A DNA stretch of 64,000 nt, taken from positions 10,591 through 74,590 of the forward strand of contig CAVVMW010000002.1 of NCBI GenBank assembly GCA_963749495.1. Reading direction: 5' to 3'. Below are positions 10,495-21,587 of the stretch, in pieces; positions within the stretch are counted from its first letter, which is position 1; each line of letters starts with the position of its first letter. Below the pieces are notes generated by a model. The model ran no database searches and was not told the origin of the DNA. It was given only the letters and a program-made list of their open reading frames with translations. The stretch is from an uncultured bacterium. GTDB taxonomy: Bacteria; Verrucomicrobiota; Verrucomicrobiia; Limisphaerales; UBA8199. The translations under genes were made by a program, and so were the position numbers.

Positions 10495-11382
10495 ATGAAG
10501 AAACAGAAGCAGCAGGTACTGCGGTTGGGATTGCCCAAGGGCAGTCTGCAGGACGCCACGATCGAGAAACTGGCCAAGGCCGGCTATCACGTCTCGATCA
10601 GCAGCCGGTCTTATATCCCGTACGTCGATGACGACGAACTCGAATTGCGGTTGATCCGGGCGCAGGAAATCAGCCGCTATGTCGAGCACGGCTTCCTGGA
10701 TTGCGGCATTACCGGCCACGATTGGATACAAGAGAACGGCTCGAAGGTCCACCAGGTGGGGGAGTTTCAGTTCAACAAGGCCACGCGCCAGACCGCCCGG
10801 TGGGTCCTGGCGGTGCCCGAAGATTCGCCCATCCGCTCGCCCAAAGACCTGGAGGGCAAACGCATCGCCACCGAATTGGTCCGGCAGACCAGGAAATATC
10901 TCCGCCGGCACAAGGTCAAGGCCCAGGTCGAGTTCTCCTGGGGGGCAACCGAGATGAAGGCGCACGAACTGGTGGATGCCATCGTGGACATCACCGAAAC
11001 CGGCTCCTCGCTCCGGGCCAACAAGCTGCGCATCGTGGATACCCTGCTCTGCTCGACGCCCCGGCTCATCGCCAATCACGACTCGTGGAAAGACCCGTGG
11101 AAACGCCAGAAGATCGAGCGGGTGGCCCTGCTCCTCAAAGGGGCCCTCGATGCCGAGACCAAGGTGGGCCTGAAGCTGAACATCGAGCGGAAGAACCTTG
11201 CCGAGTTGCTCAAGACCCTGCCCGCGTTGCGCAATCCGACGATTGCCCATCTGAGCCAGGAAGGCTGGGTGGCGGTCGAGACCATTATCGATGAGCACGT
11301 GGTGCGCGAGTTGATCCCGGCCTTGAAGGCGGCCGGGGCTGAGGGGATTATCGAGTATCCCCTGAACAAGGTCGTGTACTGA
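10495..11382 (+). CDS. hisG: ATP phosphoribosyltransferase (long form)
   Basis: [25 protein letters not shown]-terminal regulatory domain. Confidence 0.97.
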   Translation: MKKQKQQVLRLGLPKGSLQDATIEKLAKAGYHVSISSRSYIPYVDDDELELRLIRAQEISRYVEHGFLDCGITGHDWIQENGSKVHQVGEFQFNKATRQTARWVLAVPEDSPIRSPKDLEGKRIATELVRQTRKYLRRHKVKAQVEFSWGATEMKAHELVDAIVDITETGSSLRANKLRIVDTLLCSTPRLIANHDSWKDPWKRQKIERVALLLKGALDAETKVGLKLNIERKNLAELLKTLPALRNPTIAHLSQEGWVAVETIIDEHVVRELIPALKAAGAEGIIEYPLNKVVY

Positions 11383-11543
11383 CTGGCGAACGGGCTTGAC
11401 GCGGGGCGGTTCATTGCGCAGGCTAGGCGATGCCGGAGTGCCCGAGCGGCTGCTTTGCGCGAGCCGGCAGTTGCAATAATCCAGAGTTGCAGCACACTGC
11501 TCTATGGCCGGGCACGTTCGGCAGCAGGCACAACAACCAAATT

Positions 11544-11645
11544 ATGGGTTCACTAAAGAAACGTCGAAAAGCGAAGATTAACAAGCACAAGCGGCGCAAG
11601 AAGTTGCGCGCCCATCGCCATAAGAAGCGCACGTGGCAGAAGTAA
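11544..11645 (+). CDS. Small basic AURKAIP1/COX24 (bS22/mS38-like) protein
   Basis: MGSLKKRRKAKINKHKRRKKLRAHRHKKR. Confidence 0.85.
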   Translation: MGSLKKRRKAKINKHKRRKKLRAHRHKKRTWQK

Positions 11646-11729
11646 TCCGGGCGCGCGTTGGGCTTCGCCCCGGCTGGAATTGAATCGGGGCAACCTGCTG
11701 GAGGGTTGGAGGGGAGGTTCCGAGGGAGT

Positions 11730-13449
11730 ATGCTGAATTGTTATTGGAAATGGGGATTGGCAGTGGTCATCAGCGGCGGGCTGATGAGCGGCTGCAGCTC
11801 GGCGCCGCCGCCGGGCGGGGTGGCCGGCAGGGCGGCCCTGCCGCGGCAGGCTGAGTCGGACGAACTGCCCTTGGAAAAGGCCGCACAGGCGCACGCCCAT
11901 TTCGGGGCGGGGGTCGTTCATGAGATGAACGGCCAGAGCGGCGCCGCCCTCGATGAGTATTACCAGGCAGCGCGCCTGGACTGCGGCAACGAGGGGCTGG
12001 TGCTCGACGTTTCGCGCCGGCTCCTGCAGGCCAGGAAACTGGACAAGGCGCTCGACCTGGCCGGCCTCTCGGCTGCCCGGGCACGGGCCTCCGGGCTGGT
12101 CTATGCGCGCCTGGGCTTGATCTATGCCGAGCTAGGCAAGACCGAGCAGGCCATCGCCGCCGACCGCACGGCCATCAAACGGTCGCCGGGGGTGTTGGCC
12201 GGCTACCGCAACCTGTTCCTGGCCTATCTCCAAGGCAAGCGCTCCCCGGAGGCCCTGGGGGTGCTCCAGGAGGCAGGGCGCCAACCTTCGACCGACCCGG
12301 AGTTTCTTATGGGCCTCTCCGAGCTCTATGTGAACCTGGGAGCCCAAGTGCCCTCGCAAAAGGAGACCGCCCACGCCAAGGCCATGGAACTGCTCAACCG
12401 CGTGGTCCGGACCAACCCGCAGGCCGCCGCCGTGCGCCTCCTGCTGGCGGACTCCTTCAATCAACTGGGCGACACCGCGCGGGCAGCGCAGCTCTACCTG
12501 GACCTGCTCAAGCGGCTGCCGGATGCGCCGCTGCTCCGGGAGCGAATCCACGAGAAGCTGATGTACATTTACTTGCGCGCGTCCGACCACAAACACGCCG
12601 CCGAGCAATTGGAGGGCATCCTCCAGGAGGACCCGACCAACCCGGCGGCCTACTATTACCTGGGGCGCATAGCGTTCGACGAAAAGAAATGGGAGCGGGC
12701 GGCCGAGTGCTTCGGCAAGACAATCCTGCTCAGCCCGGACTTCGAGCAGGCCTATTACGACCTGGCCAGCTCGCAGTTGAACTTCAAGCAGCCCCGGCCC
12801 GCCCTGGCCACGCTCGACCAGGCCCGCCAGAAGTTCGGGCGGGATTCGCAAAATTTCGTGCTCGAGTTCCTCACCGGCCGGGCCTACAGCCGCGACAAGG
12901 AGTATGCGCGCGCCCTCGAGGTACTTCACCCGCGCCGAGGTCATCGCGCAGAGCAAGGAAGCCAAGCGGCTCGATCAATTCTTCTTCTTCGAGGTCGGCG
13001 CGACCTATGAGCGCAAGGGAGATTACGCCGAAGCCGAGAAGTACTTCCAGAAGTGCCTCGAACTGGCGCCCGACTTTGCCGAGGCGCTCAATTACCTGGG
13101 CTACATGTGGGCCGAGCACGACATGAAGCTGGACCAGGCCCGCGAACTCATCGAAAAGGCGCTCAAGGCCGAACCCAAGAATGGGGCGTTCCTGGACAGC
13201 CTCGGCTGGGTGCTCTTCAAACTCCACCAGCCCAAGCAGGCGCTCGACTACATCCTCAAGGCCTGCGAACTCCTGGAGGAGCCCGACGCCACCGTGTTCG
13301 ACCATCTCGGGGACATCTACGCCGCCCTCCAGCAGCCGGACAAGGCGCGTGAGGCCTGGCGCAAGTCCCTGGCCGTCGAGCCCAACGATGACGTGCGCAA
13401 GAAGCTTGACGCGCCGCCAACCAACGCAGGCGCCAAACCTCAGACCTGA
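11730..13449 (+). CDS. TPR-repeat lipoprotein (frameshift near 12920)
   Basis: TPR motifs incl. ALNYLGYMWAE...AFLDSLGWVLFK split across two ORFs. Confidence 0.88.
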
Positions 13450-13497
13450 CCCCGCTCGCGATAGAACACGAGCGCAGCGCGGCCAAAAGGGAAGCTC

Positions 13498-13884
13498 ATG
13501 GCGAACCGATTCGAGAAGCACTACACGCGGGACCAGGCGCGGGCCTTGTTGCCCCAAATCCGGGAGTGGCTCCAGCGACTGGTCCAGTTCCGCTCGGGAC
13601 TCCAAAAGGCCGAGGAAGGCCTCGGCGCCCTGGCAGCCCCTGGCCGTGACCTGGGCGGGGAAGTGGTCAATCAATGGGTGCGCAACCTGGCCGGCATCCA
13701 GGAGATCCTCGTCGAATTCTTCCGGCGCGAGATCCAAATCAAAGACCTGGACCGCGGGCTGATCGATTTCCCCGCCCTCATTGGGGGCAAAGAGGTCTTC
13801 CTGTGCTGGGAACAGGCCGAAGAGGACATCGAATTCTGGCACGATCTCGACACCGGTTACTCCGGCCGGGAGCGGTTGGAGTAA
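13498..13884 (+). CDS. DUF2203 family protein
   Basis: IKDLDRGLIDFPA...VFLCWEQAEEDIEFWHDLDTGYSGR. Confidence 0.9.
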   Translation: MANRFEKHYTRDQARALLPQIREWLQRLVQFRSGLQKAEEGLGALAAPGRDLGGEVVNQWVRNLAGIQEILVEFFRREIQIKDLDRGLIDFPALIGGKEVFLCWEQAEEDIEFWHDLDTGYSGRERLE

Positions 13885-14037
13885 GGCTAAGGGCTAAGTT
13901 TTTTTTGAACAGGAGCGGGGGAAAGATCATCAAAAAATCCCGAGAGCGCATCGAAAGCGTGATGAGAAAACTTTTGACAAATTGGCCCGGAGCAGGTACT
14001 TGAACCATTTGCTTCGGTTAGTAATAGAGAACGTAAT

Positions 14038-14994
14038 ATGATTAAGGTTCACAATCTGGCAAAGGTGTTCGGAACCAAGCGGGCGGTCAATGGCGTGACG
14101 TTTTCCGTCGAGCGCGGCGAGGTGCTCGGGTTTCTAGGCCCGAACGGGGCGGGGAAATCCACGACCATGCGGCTGATCACGGGCTTCCTTCCGCCCTCCG
14201 AGGGCAAGGTGAGCGTTGGAGGTTATGACGTGGTGGAGGCCCCGATCCAGGCGCGGCGCTTGATCGGCTATCTGCCGGAGAATGCACCCGCTTACACGGA
14301 CATGACGGTGTATGGTTTTCTGAATTTCGCCGCGGAGATTCGCGGCTTGCGGGGCGACGCCCGGAAGCGGGCGGTCAACGCGGTGGTGGAGACTTGCTTT
14401 CTGCAAGGGGTGCTGCACCAGAGCGTGGAGACGCTCTCCAAGGGCTACCGCCACCGCACCTGCTTTGCCCAATCCATCATTCACAACCCGGACGTGCTAA
14501 TCATGGACGAACCCACCGACGGCCTGGACCCGAACCAGAAACACGAGGTGCGCCAGCTCATCCACCGGATGGGCCAGAGCAAGGCGATCATCTTCTCGAC
14601 CCACATCCTGGAGGAGGTCGATGCCGCCTGCACGCGGGCCATCATCATCGACCGGGGCAAGATCGTCGCCAACGGCACCCCGCAGGAGTTGCGGCAGAAG
14701 TCCGAATGGGCGGGCGCCGTCACCCTGCGCGTGAGCGGCATCAAGGCCGCCGCCCTGAGCGAGCGGCTGGGCCAGCTCTCGACGGTCAAACGCACCCTGA
14801 TCCTCAAGGAAGAGGCGACCTCCGTCACGGCGCGCGTCTTCCCCAGGAGCAATGTCAACGGGGCGTTGGCCAGCAGCATCGCCGACGCGGCGCAGGGGTG
14901 GCACATCGAGGAGTTGCACACCGAAGAAGGCCGGTTGGACGAGGTCTTTCGCAGCATCACCATGCCGGACACCGTGAGAGAGGAGAAGAAGTGA
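14038..14994 (+). CDS. ABC transporter ATP-binding protein (GldA-like)
   Basis: GPNGAGKST, LSKGY, DEPTDGLD. Confidence 0.95.
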   Translation: MIKVHNLAKVFGTKRAVNGVTFSVERGEVLGFLGPNGAGKSTTMRLITGFLPPSEGKVSVGGYDVVEAPIQARRLIGYLPENAPAYTDMTVYGFLNFAAEIRGLRGDARKRAVNAVVETCFLQGVLHQSVETLSKGYRHRTCFAQSIIHNPDVLIMDEPTDGLDPNQKHEVRQLIHRMGQSKAIIFSTHILEEVDAACTRAIIIDRGKIVANGTPQELRQKSEWAGAVTLRVSGIKAAALSERLGQLSTVKRTLILKEEATSVTARVFPRSNVNGALASSIADAAQGWHIEELHTEEGRLDEVFRSITMPDTVREEKK

Positions 14995-14995
14995 A

Positions 14996-15742
14996 ATGAA
15001 CACTTGGGCCAATATCAAGACCATTACCAAGCGCGAACTGGGCGCCTATTTTTCGTCGCCCATCGCTTATGTCTTCATCGTCATTTTCCTGCTGCTGTGC
15101 GGGTTTTTCACGTTCTTCGTGGGGGGGTTTTTCGAGCGGATGCAGGCCTCGCTGGTGATGCCGTTCTTCGACTGGCACCCCTGGTTCTACCTGTTCCTGG
15201 TGCCGGCGGTGGGGATGCGGCTCTGGGCCGAGGAACGGCGCGTGGGCACCATCGAACTGCTGCTGACGATGCCGATTACGGCATGGCAGGCGATCGTGGG
15301 CAAGTTCCTGGCCTCGTGGCTGTTCCTGGCCCTGGCCCTGGCGCTGACCTTCCCGGTGGTGCTCACGGTCAACTACCTGGGCAGCCCCGACAACGGCATC
15401 ATTCTCTCCGCCTACCTGGGGAGCTGGCTCATGGCCGGGGCCTACTTGGCCATCAGTTGCATCACCTCCGCGCTGACGCGCAGCCAGGTCGTCAGCTTCA
15501 TCATCTCGGTGGTCGCCTGCCTCTTTCTCATCCTGGCAGGCTTTCCGCCCGTCATCAACTTCATCCAGCAACTCTTCAGCCCCGGCATGGCCGGTTTCGT
15601 GGCGTCCTTCAGCGTGATGACCCATTTCCAGGGCTTCCAGCGGGGTGTGCTCGATTCGCGCGACGTGCTCTTCTTCTTGTCGGTGATCGGGTTCTCCCTC
15701 TTCACCACGAGTGTCATTTTGCGCACCCACCGCGCCGGCTGA
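14996..15742 (+). CDS. ABC-2 permease (GldF-like)
   Basis: RELGAYFSSPIAY, MRLWAEERRVGTIELLLT. Confidence 0.93.
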   Translation: MNTWANIKTITKRELGAYFSSPIAYVFIVIFLLLCGFFTFFVGGFFERMQASLVMPFFDWHPWFYLFLVPAVGMRLWAEERRVGTIELLLTMPITAWQAIVGKFLASWLFLALALALTFPVVLTVNYLGSPDNGIILSAYLGSWLMAGAYLAISCITSALTRSQVVSFIISVVACLFLILAGFPPVINFIQQLFSPGMAGFVASFSVMTHFQGFQRGVLDSRDVLFFLSVIGFSLFTTSVILRTHRAG

Positions 15743-15757
15743 GCCAATGAGGCAACC

Positions 15758-17693
15758 ATGCAAAAACAATCGTATCAAACCATTTTCTACTCGACGGCAG
15801 GCGTCGCGGTGATGCTTGTCATTCTCGTCGCCTTTAACTTCATTGCCGGGTTCAGCCCGGCGCGCCTCGACTTGACGCGTGAGAAGGCCTACACCCTGTC
15901 GCAAGGCACGCGAGCCATTCTCAAGAAGATCGAGACGCCCCTGCGCATCAAGTTCTACTGCACCCAGGGCCAGGCGGCCTCTCCGGAGACCGTCTATCTG
16001 AGGAATTTCGCCAAGCAGGTGGACGACCTCCTCACCGAGTACAGGCAGGTGGCCGGCGGCAAGCTCATTGTCGAGCGCTACGACCCCGAGCCGGACTCCG
16101 ATGCCGAGGACTCGGCCCGCCTGGACGGCATCGAAGGCCAGATGATGCGCAACGGCGAGCGCTTCTACCTGGGCCTAGCTGTGAGTATGCTCGATGCCAA
16201 AGAGGTCGTCCCCCTGAGCCCCGACCGCGAGCGCCTGCTCGAGTACGACCTGTCCCGCGCCATCTCCCGCGTCATCACGCCCGACAAACCCATCATCGGC
16301 CTCATCGAGCCCCTTGCCGGTCTTCGGCATGCCCAGCAATCCCATGATGGCGCGCATGGGCCAGCAAGGCGCCCAGCCCTGGGCGCTGGTCACCGAACTC
16401 AAGAACGACTTTAACGTCCGGCGCCTCAACATGGACGTGGACAAGATCGATGACGACGTCAAGGTCCTCCTGGTCATCCACCCGCGCGAGATCTCCGACA
16501 AGGCCCAGTACGCCCTGGACCAGTTCATCCTGCGCGGCGGCAAGCTCATCGCCTTCCTGGACCCGATGCCCTATGTGATCGACGCCAAGGAACAGAACCA
16601 GATGCTCGGGAGCATCCCCAACAGCGGCTCCTCCCTGGACAAGCTGCTCAAGGCCTGGGGCCTGGGCTTCGAGACCAGCAAGGTGGTGGCGGACCTCAAT
16701 TTCAAGATGCAACTGGGCGGGCGCGGCGCCGCCGCCCAGGACGCCCCGGCCGTCCTGGCCCTCACCACCAAGGGCATCAACCCCGACGACCCCGCCACCA
16801 GCCAGATCGACAACGTCTGGCTCGCTTACGCCGGCGCCTTCACCGGCACCCCGGCGCAGGGCCTCAAAGAAACCGTGCTGCTCAAGAGCACCCGCGACTC
16901 CCAACTCGTCGATGGCTTCATGTCCCACCTCGGCGGCGAGAACATCATCAAGGAGTTCAAGCCCTCCGGTGTCGAATACGCCTTGGCCATCCGGCTCTCC
17001 GGCAAATTCAAGACCGCCTTCCCCGCCGGCAAGCCCGAGGACAAGAAAGACGAGGAGAAGAAGGACGCCGACAAGAAGGACGACCAGAAGAAGCCCGAGG
17101 AGAAGAAGCCCGACGATTCGCTCAAGGAGAGCAAACAGGAGACTTCCGTGGTGCTGGTCGGGGATGCGGACATGCTCTACGACACCGTGGCCCTGAGGCA
17201 GGTGCAGACCCTCTTCGGGGTCGCCCTCATGCCCATGAACGGCAACCTGAGCTTCGCCCAGAACCTCATCGAGCAGATGAGCGGCGACAATAACCTCATC
17301 GCCGTGCGCAGCCGGGCCACCCTCAACCGGCCCTTCACGCGCATCCAGGAGATGGAAACAAAGGCCAACGAGAGGTTCCAGGCCGAGATTAAGTCGTTGG
17401 AGGAAAAGGCCAATGAGGCGCAGCGCCGCATCGGCGAACTGCAGCAGCAGCGCAAGGACAAGGACCAGCGCTTCGTCCTGTCCCCCGAGCAGACGGCGGA
17501 GCTGACCAAGCTGCGCACCGAAGAGGTCCAGACGCGCAAGCACCTCAAGCAGGTCCGCAAGGACCTCAGCAAGGAGGTCGCTTCCCTCCAGACCCGGCTC
17601 AAATGGATCAACATTTTGGCCATTCCCCTGGCCGTCACCGCCTCGGGCATCGTCATCGCCATCGTCAAACGCAGAAAGACCTCCGCAAAATAA
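15758..17693 (+). CDS. GldG-like ABC auxiliary protein (frameshift near 16310)
   Basis: RLDLTREKAYTLS, LEYDLSRAI, LDQFILRGGKLIAFLDP across two ORFs. Confidence 0.9.
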
Positions 17694-17694
17694 A

Positions 17695-18993
17695 ATGAAC
17701 CGCAAACAGCTCCTCACACTCCTGGTCCTGGTCGTCGTCCTGGGTGGCGCCGGTTTGCTCTTGCGCCAGCACAACCAGGCCGCCTGGCAAAACGCCGGCA
17801 AGAACCTCGGCAAGAAGCTCCTGGGCGAGGCCTTCCCCGTCAACAACGTCGCCACCATCGCCATCAAGCACGGCACCAACGGGCTGACGCTCGTCAAGAA
17901 GGACAACCTGTGGCGCGTGCGCGAGCGCAACGATTACCCGGCCAGCTTCTCCGAGATCGGCGATTTCCTGCTCAAGGTCAAAGACCTCAAGGCCGTGCAA
18001 ATCGAGCCGGTCCAACCCGCGCAGTTGCAGCGCCTGGACCTGGCGCCCGGGACCGGCAGCAACAGCGCCATGGTGGTCGAGTTCAAAGACCAGAGCGGCA
18101 AGCCCATGCGCTCCCTGCTCCTGGGCAAGAAACACCTCCGCAAGTCCGACCGCCCCTCCCCCTACGGCGACATGGGCGACGAGGGCTGGCCCGACGGGCG
18201 CTGGGTCAAGGTCGGGAGCGAGCCGCGCGAAGCTGTCCTGATCTCCGACCCGCTCTCCAATATCGAGCCCCGGCCCGAGCAGTGGCTTAACAAGGACTTT
18301 CTCAAGATCGAAAAGACCCGCTCGATTAGCGCCACGTTCCAGAACCCCACCAACTCCTGGAAGCTGAGCCGCGAAACCGAGACCGGCGAGTGGAAGCTGG
18401 CCGACACCAAACCGGGCGAGCAGCTTGACACCACCAAAGTCTCGGGCGTCGCCAGCCCGCTCTCCAGCCTGAGCTTTGCAAACGTCGCCGCCGGCGCCAA
18501 ACCCGAGTCGCTCGGCCTGGACAAGCCCACCGTGGTGAATATCGAGACCTTCGACAGCTTCACCTACACGCTCAAGGTCGGCCAGAAAACCAATGACAAT
18601 TATCCGCTCACCATCGCCGTGGCGGCCCAACTCCCCAAGGAACGAACCCCCGGCAAGGATGAAAAGCCCGAAGACAAGACCAGGCTCGACAAGGAATTCA
18701 AAGACTCGCAAAAGAAACTCGAAGACAAACTGAGCCAGGAACGGACTTGCGAACCCTGGATTTACCTCGTCTCGACCTGGACCGTCGAGCCGCTCATCAA
18801 GGAACGCTCGCAACTGCTCGCTGAAAAAAAGGAAGAACCCAAGAAGGACGAGAAACCGGCCGCTGCCGCCGCGCCCATCGCCAACCCGGCGCCGCCCCCT
18901 GCCCCGCCTCCTGCGGCAGTCGTCGCCAAGCCCGCGGACGCCGCCCCCAAGCCGCCCCCGCCCCCGCCCCCGCCGCCACCGGCACCGAAATAA
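17695..18993 (+). CDS. DUF4340 family protein
   Basis: Last gene of Gld-like operon; N-terminal TM, WRVRERNDYPA, Pro-rich tail. Confidence 0.8.
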   Translation: MNRKQLLTLLVLVVVLGGAGLLLRQHNQAAWQNAGKNLGKKLLGEAFPVNNVATIAIKHGTNGLTLVKKDNLWRVRERNDYPASFSEIGDFLLKVKDLKAVQIEPVQPAQLQRLDLAPGTGSNSAMVVEFKDQSGKPMRSLLLGKKHLRKSDRPSPYGDMGDEGWPDGRWVKVGSEPREAVLISDPLSNIEPRPEQWLNKDFLKIEKTRSISATFQNPTNSWKLSRETETGEWKLADTKPGEQLDTTKVSGVASPLSSLSFANVAAGAKPESLGLDKPTVVNIETFDSFTYTLKVGQKTNDNYPLTIAVAAQLPKERTPGKDEKPEDKTRLDKEFKDSQKKLEDKLSQERTCEPWIYLVSTWTVEPLIKERSQLLAEKKEEPKKDEKPAAAAAPIANPAPPPAPPPAAVVAKPADAAPKPPPPPPPPPPAPK

Positions 18994-19156
18994 GCGGACG
19001 GGGCTGGTCGCTTATGTCCCCCAGAAACGGAACGAGCGGGCCTTTGCGCCGCCGCTCAGTGTCATTCCGTGTGACTCGCCTCCCTTCGAGCCAGTCATAG
19101 GCCAGACTTCCCCTTCCGTAGCACGTTCCGCCTAATCAAGGAATGGGGTGGTTACC

Positions 19157-19693
19157 CTAAGAGTTTTGCCTGCCTAAGCGGTCCAGCTCGAACCGGCGGG
19201 CAAGCTGGCGCAGACAACGGTCTTCGGCCTTCTTCATCCTGCGCCGGGGGCCTGGGCTGGAGTCGTCGAAGCCGCGCAGGTGGAGGATGCCGTGCACGAT
19301 GTAGCGGACCAGTTCGGATTGCCAAGTGGTGCCGAATCGGCGGGCCTGGACAGCCGCTTCCTCGACGCAGGCGAATACTTCCGCGTACGGGCCAGGCCGG
19401 CAATCGGCCCAGGTGGCGGCCGCGCCCGCCGGGGCCGGGCCGCCGCGAAGCGAAGGCGGCTCCTCGGCGTAATCGAAGGTGATGACATCGGTCGGACCCG
19501 CGTGATGGAGGAAGGTCTCGTTGAGGCGGGTAATCCGGGCGGCATCGACCAGGAAAATGCCGAGGTCGAGGCGATCCAATTTCATCAAATCGCGGACGAG
19601 GGTCGTTGCCATGCGCCGGAGCAGCGGGACGTTCAGGTGGCGGGCGCGCTGGCAGTTGCGCACGCAGATCGCGGCAGGTCTATCGGCGTTCAT
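19157..19693 (-). CDS. ybeY: rRNA maturation RNase YbeY
   Basis: PTDVITFDY, HGILHLRGFDD (third His replaced by Asp); downstream of phoH. Confidence 0.92.
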   Translation of the reverse strand: MNADRPAAICVRNCQRARHLNVPLLRRMATTLVRDLMKLDRLDLGIFLVDAARITRLNETFLHHAGPTDVITFDYAEEPPSLRGGPAPAGAAATWADCRPGPYAEVFACVEEAAVQARRFGTTWQSELVRYIVHGILHLRGFDDSSPGPRRRMKKAEDRCLRQLARRFELDRLGRQNS

Positions 19694-19721
19694 CGGCGGT
19701 TGAAACGAGACCCGAAGATGA

Positions 19722-19815
19722 TTTCACGGTTCAGGGTTCACGGTTCAGGGTTCAGGGTTCAGGGTTCAGGGTTTACGTTTCACGTTTCACGCTTCACGTT
19801 TCACGCTTCACGTTT
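19722..19815. repeat. Heptamer tandem repeats (TTCAGGG, TTCACGT/C)
   Basis: Direct reading, intergenic. Confidence 0.9.
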
Positions 19816-19856
19816 AGCAGCCGGTCCTTGTTCATCGGTGCTTGAAATGAGGCCCT

Positions 19857-20830
19857 TCACTGCCCGCCATGGGAGCGCGCCTGGCCGCGGTGTTCCTCGT
19901 AGGCGCCAATGATACGCTGGACCAACGGGTGGCGGACCACGTCGCGTTTGGTGAACTCGACGATGGCAATGCCCTCGATGTGCCTGAGGGCGCGATGCGC
20001 CTCCAGCAGGCCGGACTGCTTGTGAGAGGGGAGATCGATTTGGGTCTCGTCGCCGGTCACGACTGTCCGGGAATTGATCCCCAGGCGAGTCAGGAACATG
20101 AACATCTGCTCGGTGGTCGAGTTCTGGGCCTCGTCCAGGATGATGAAGGCCTGGTTGAGGGTGCGGCCGCGCATGTAGGCCAGAGGGGCGATTTCGATGA
20201 CGCCTCGCTCGGTGTGTTTCTGGATGTCCTCGGCAGGGAGCATGTCGTGCAGGGCGTCATGAAGCGGGCGCAGGTAGGGCATGATTTTCTCGTAAAGGTC
20301 GCCCGGCAGGAAGCCCAGGGCCTCGCCCGCCTCGACCGCCGGGCGGGTGAGGATGATGCGTGAGACGGCGCCCTCGCGCAGGGCGGCCAGGGCCAGGGCG
20401 ACCGCCAGGTAGGTCTTGCCGGTGCCGGCGGCCCGACCCCGAAGGTGACGTCGTGGCGGCGAATGGCGTCGATGTATCGCTTCTGGCCGACGGTCTTGGC
20501 GCTGACGGTCGGTTTTTTGTCGGAGGTGAGGATGCGATCGGAGATGAGGTCTTTGAGGGTGGAGACCCCCTCCTGCTTGACGATAGCCAGGGCATGGGCG
20601 AACTCGCGGTTGCGGAGCGGGGCCCCGGCCTGGAGCGAGTTCTGCAGGAGCAGGAACAGGTGCTTGGCGCGGTCGATCGCGTCCGCCTCCCCTTCGAGCG
20701 TGATCCAGCCCTCGCGGGAGGTGGCCTTGACGCCCAGTTGCTGGTCGAGGGCCTCGAGGTTGCGGGGGTCGTTGTTGAAGAGCTGCTGCGCCAGCCGGGC
20801 GCTCTCGAAGTGCAATGTCTCGGTAGGCAT
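19857..20830 (-). CDS. phoH: PhoH-family ATPase (frameshift near 20430)
   Basis: [38 protein letters not shown]. Confidence 0.94.
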
Positions 20831-20833
20831 GGG

Positions 20834-21334
20834 TCACCTCGGAGGCTGGCCCTGCGTCAGGGCCTCGCGCAAGCGGGCGGCCAACTCCCGCAGCGCCAGC
20901 GGCACCACGGTGGTGTGGCCCAGCACCGGCATGAAATTGGTGTCGCCCAGCCAGCGCGGCACCACGTGCACGTGGAGGTGCTCGTGGATGCCGGCGCCCG
21001 CTGCCTGGCCCAGGTTCAGCCCGATGTTGAAACCCTCCGGCCGCATCACCTTGGTGAGCGCATTCTGACAGCGCCGCGTCAACTGGAACAGGCCGCTCAG
21101 CTCCTCGTCGGTCAGGTCGTTGAGGTCCGAGGTCTGCTTGTAGGGCACGACCATGAGGTGGCCGCCGGTGTAAGGAAAGGCATTGAGCAGGGCGTAGCAC
21201 GCGCGCTCCCTGGCGATCACGTAATTGGCCTCGTCATCGTTGGACTGGGCGATCCGGGTGAAGAGGCTCTGGTCCATGACCGGTTTGGGCGCCAGGATGT
21301 AATCGATTCGCCAAGGGGCATGTAGCGATTCCAT
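20834..21334 (-). CDS. HIT-family hydrolase
   Basis: [25 protein letters not shown]. Confidence 0.95.
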   Translation of the reverse strand: MESLHAPWRIDYILAPKPVMDQSLFTRIAQSNDDEANYVIARERACYALLNAFPYTGGHLMVVPYKQTSDLNDLTDEELSGLFQLTRRCQNALTKVMRPEGFNIGLNLGQAAGAGIHEHLHVHVVPRWLGDTNFMPVLGHTTVVPLALRELAARLREALTQGQPPR

Positions 21335-21429
21335 GGGCAAAGACTAGTGATATCGCGGGCGATTGTCAAAAGAGACAAAAGGGACGAAAGGGACAAAAGG
21401 GACACAGTGTGCCGGGAACCCGCTCCCTG

Positions 21430-21552
21430 ATTCGTCATTCGTCATTCGTCATTCGTCATTCCTTCGCGGCGTCCCCGTGCCGGAGGATTTCGCATTCCGC
21501 ACTCCGCATTCCGCACTCCGCATTCGGTCCATTCGTCATTCGTCATTCGTCC
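21430..21552. repeat. Heptamer tandem repeats (ATTCGTC, CCGCAT/CT)
   Basis: Direct reading. Confidence 0.88.
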
Positions 21553-21587
21553 TTTCGCCTGCGCCGCACCTGCGGCATCTTGTTTTC

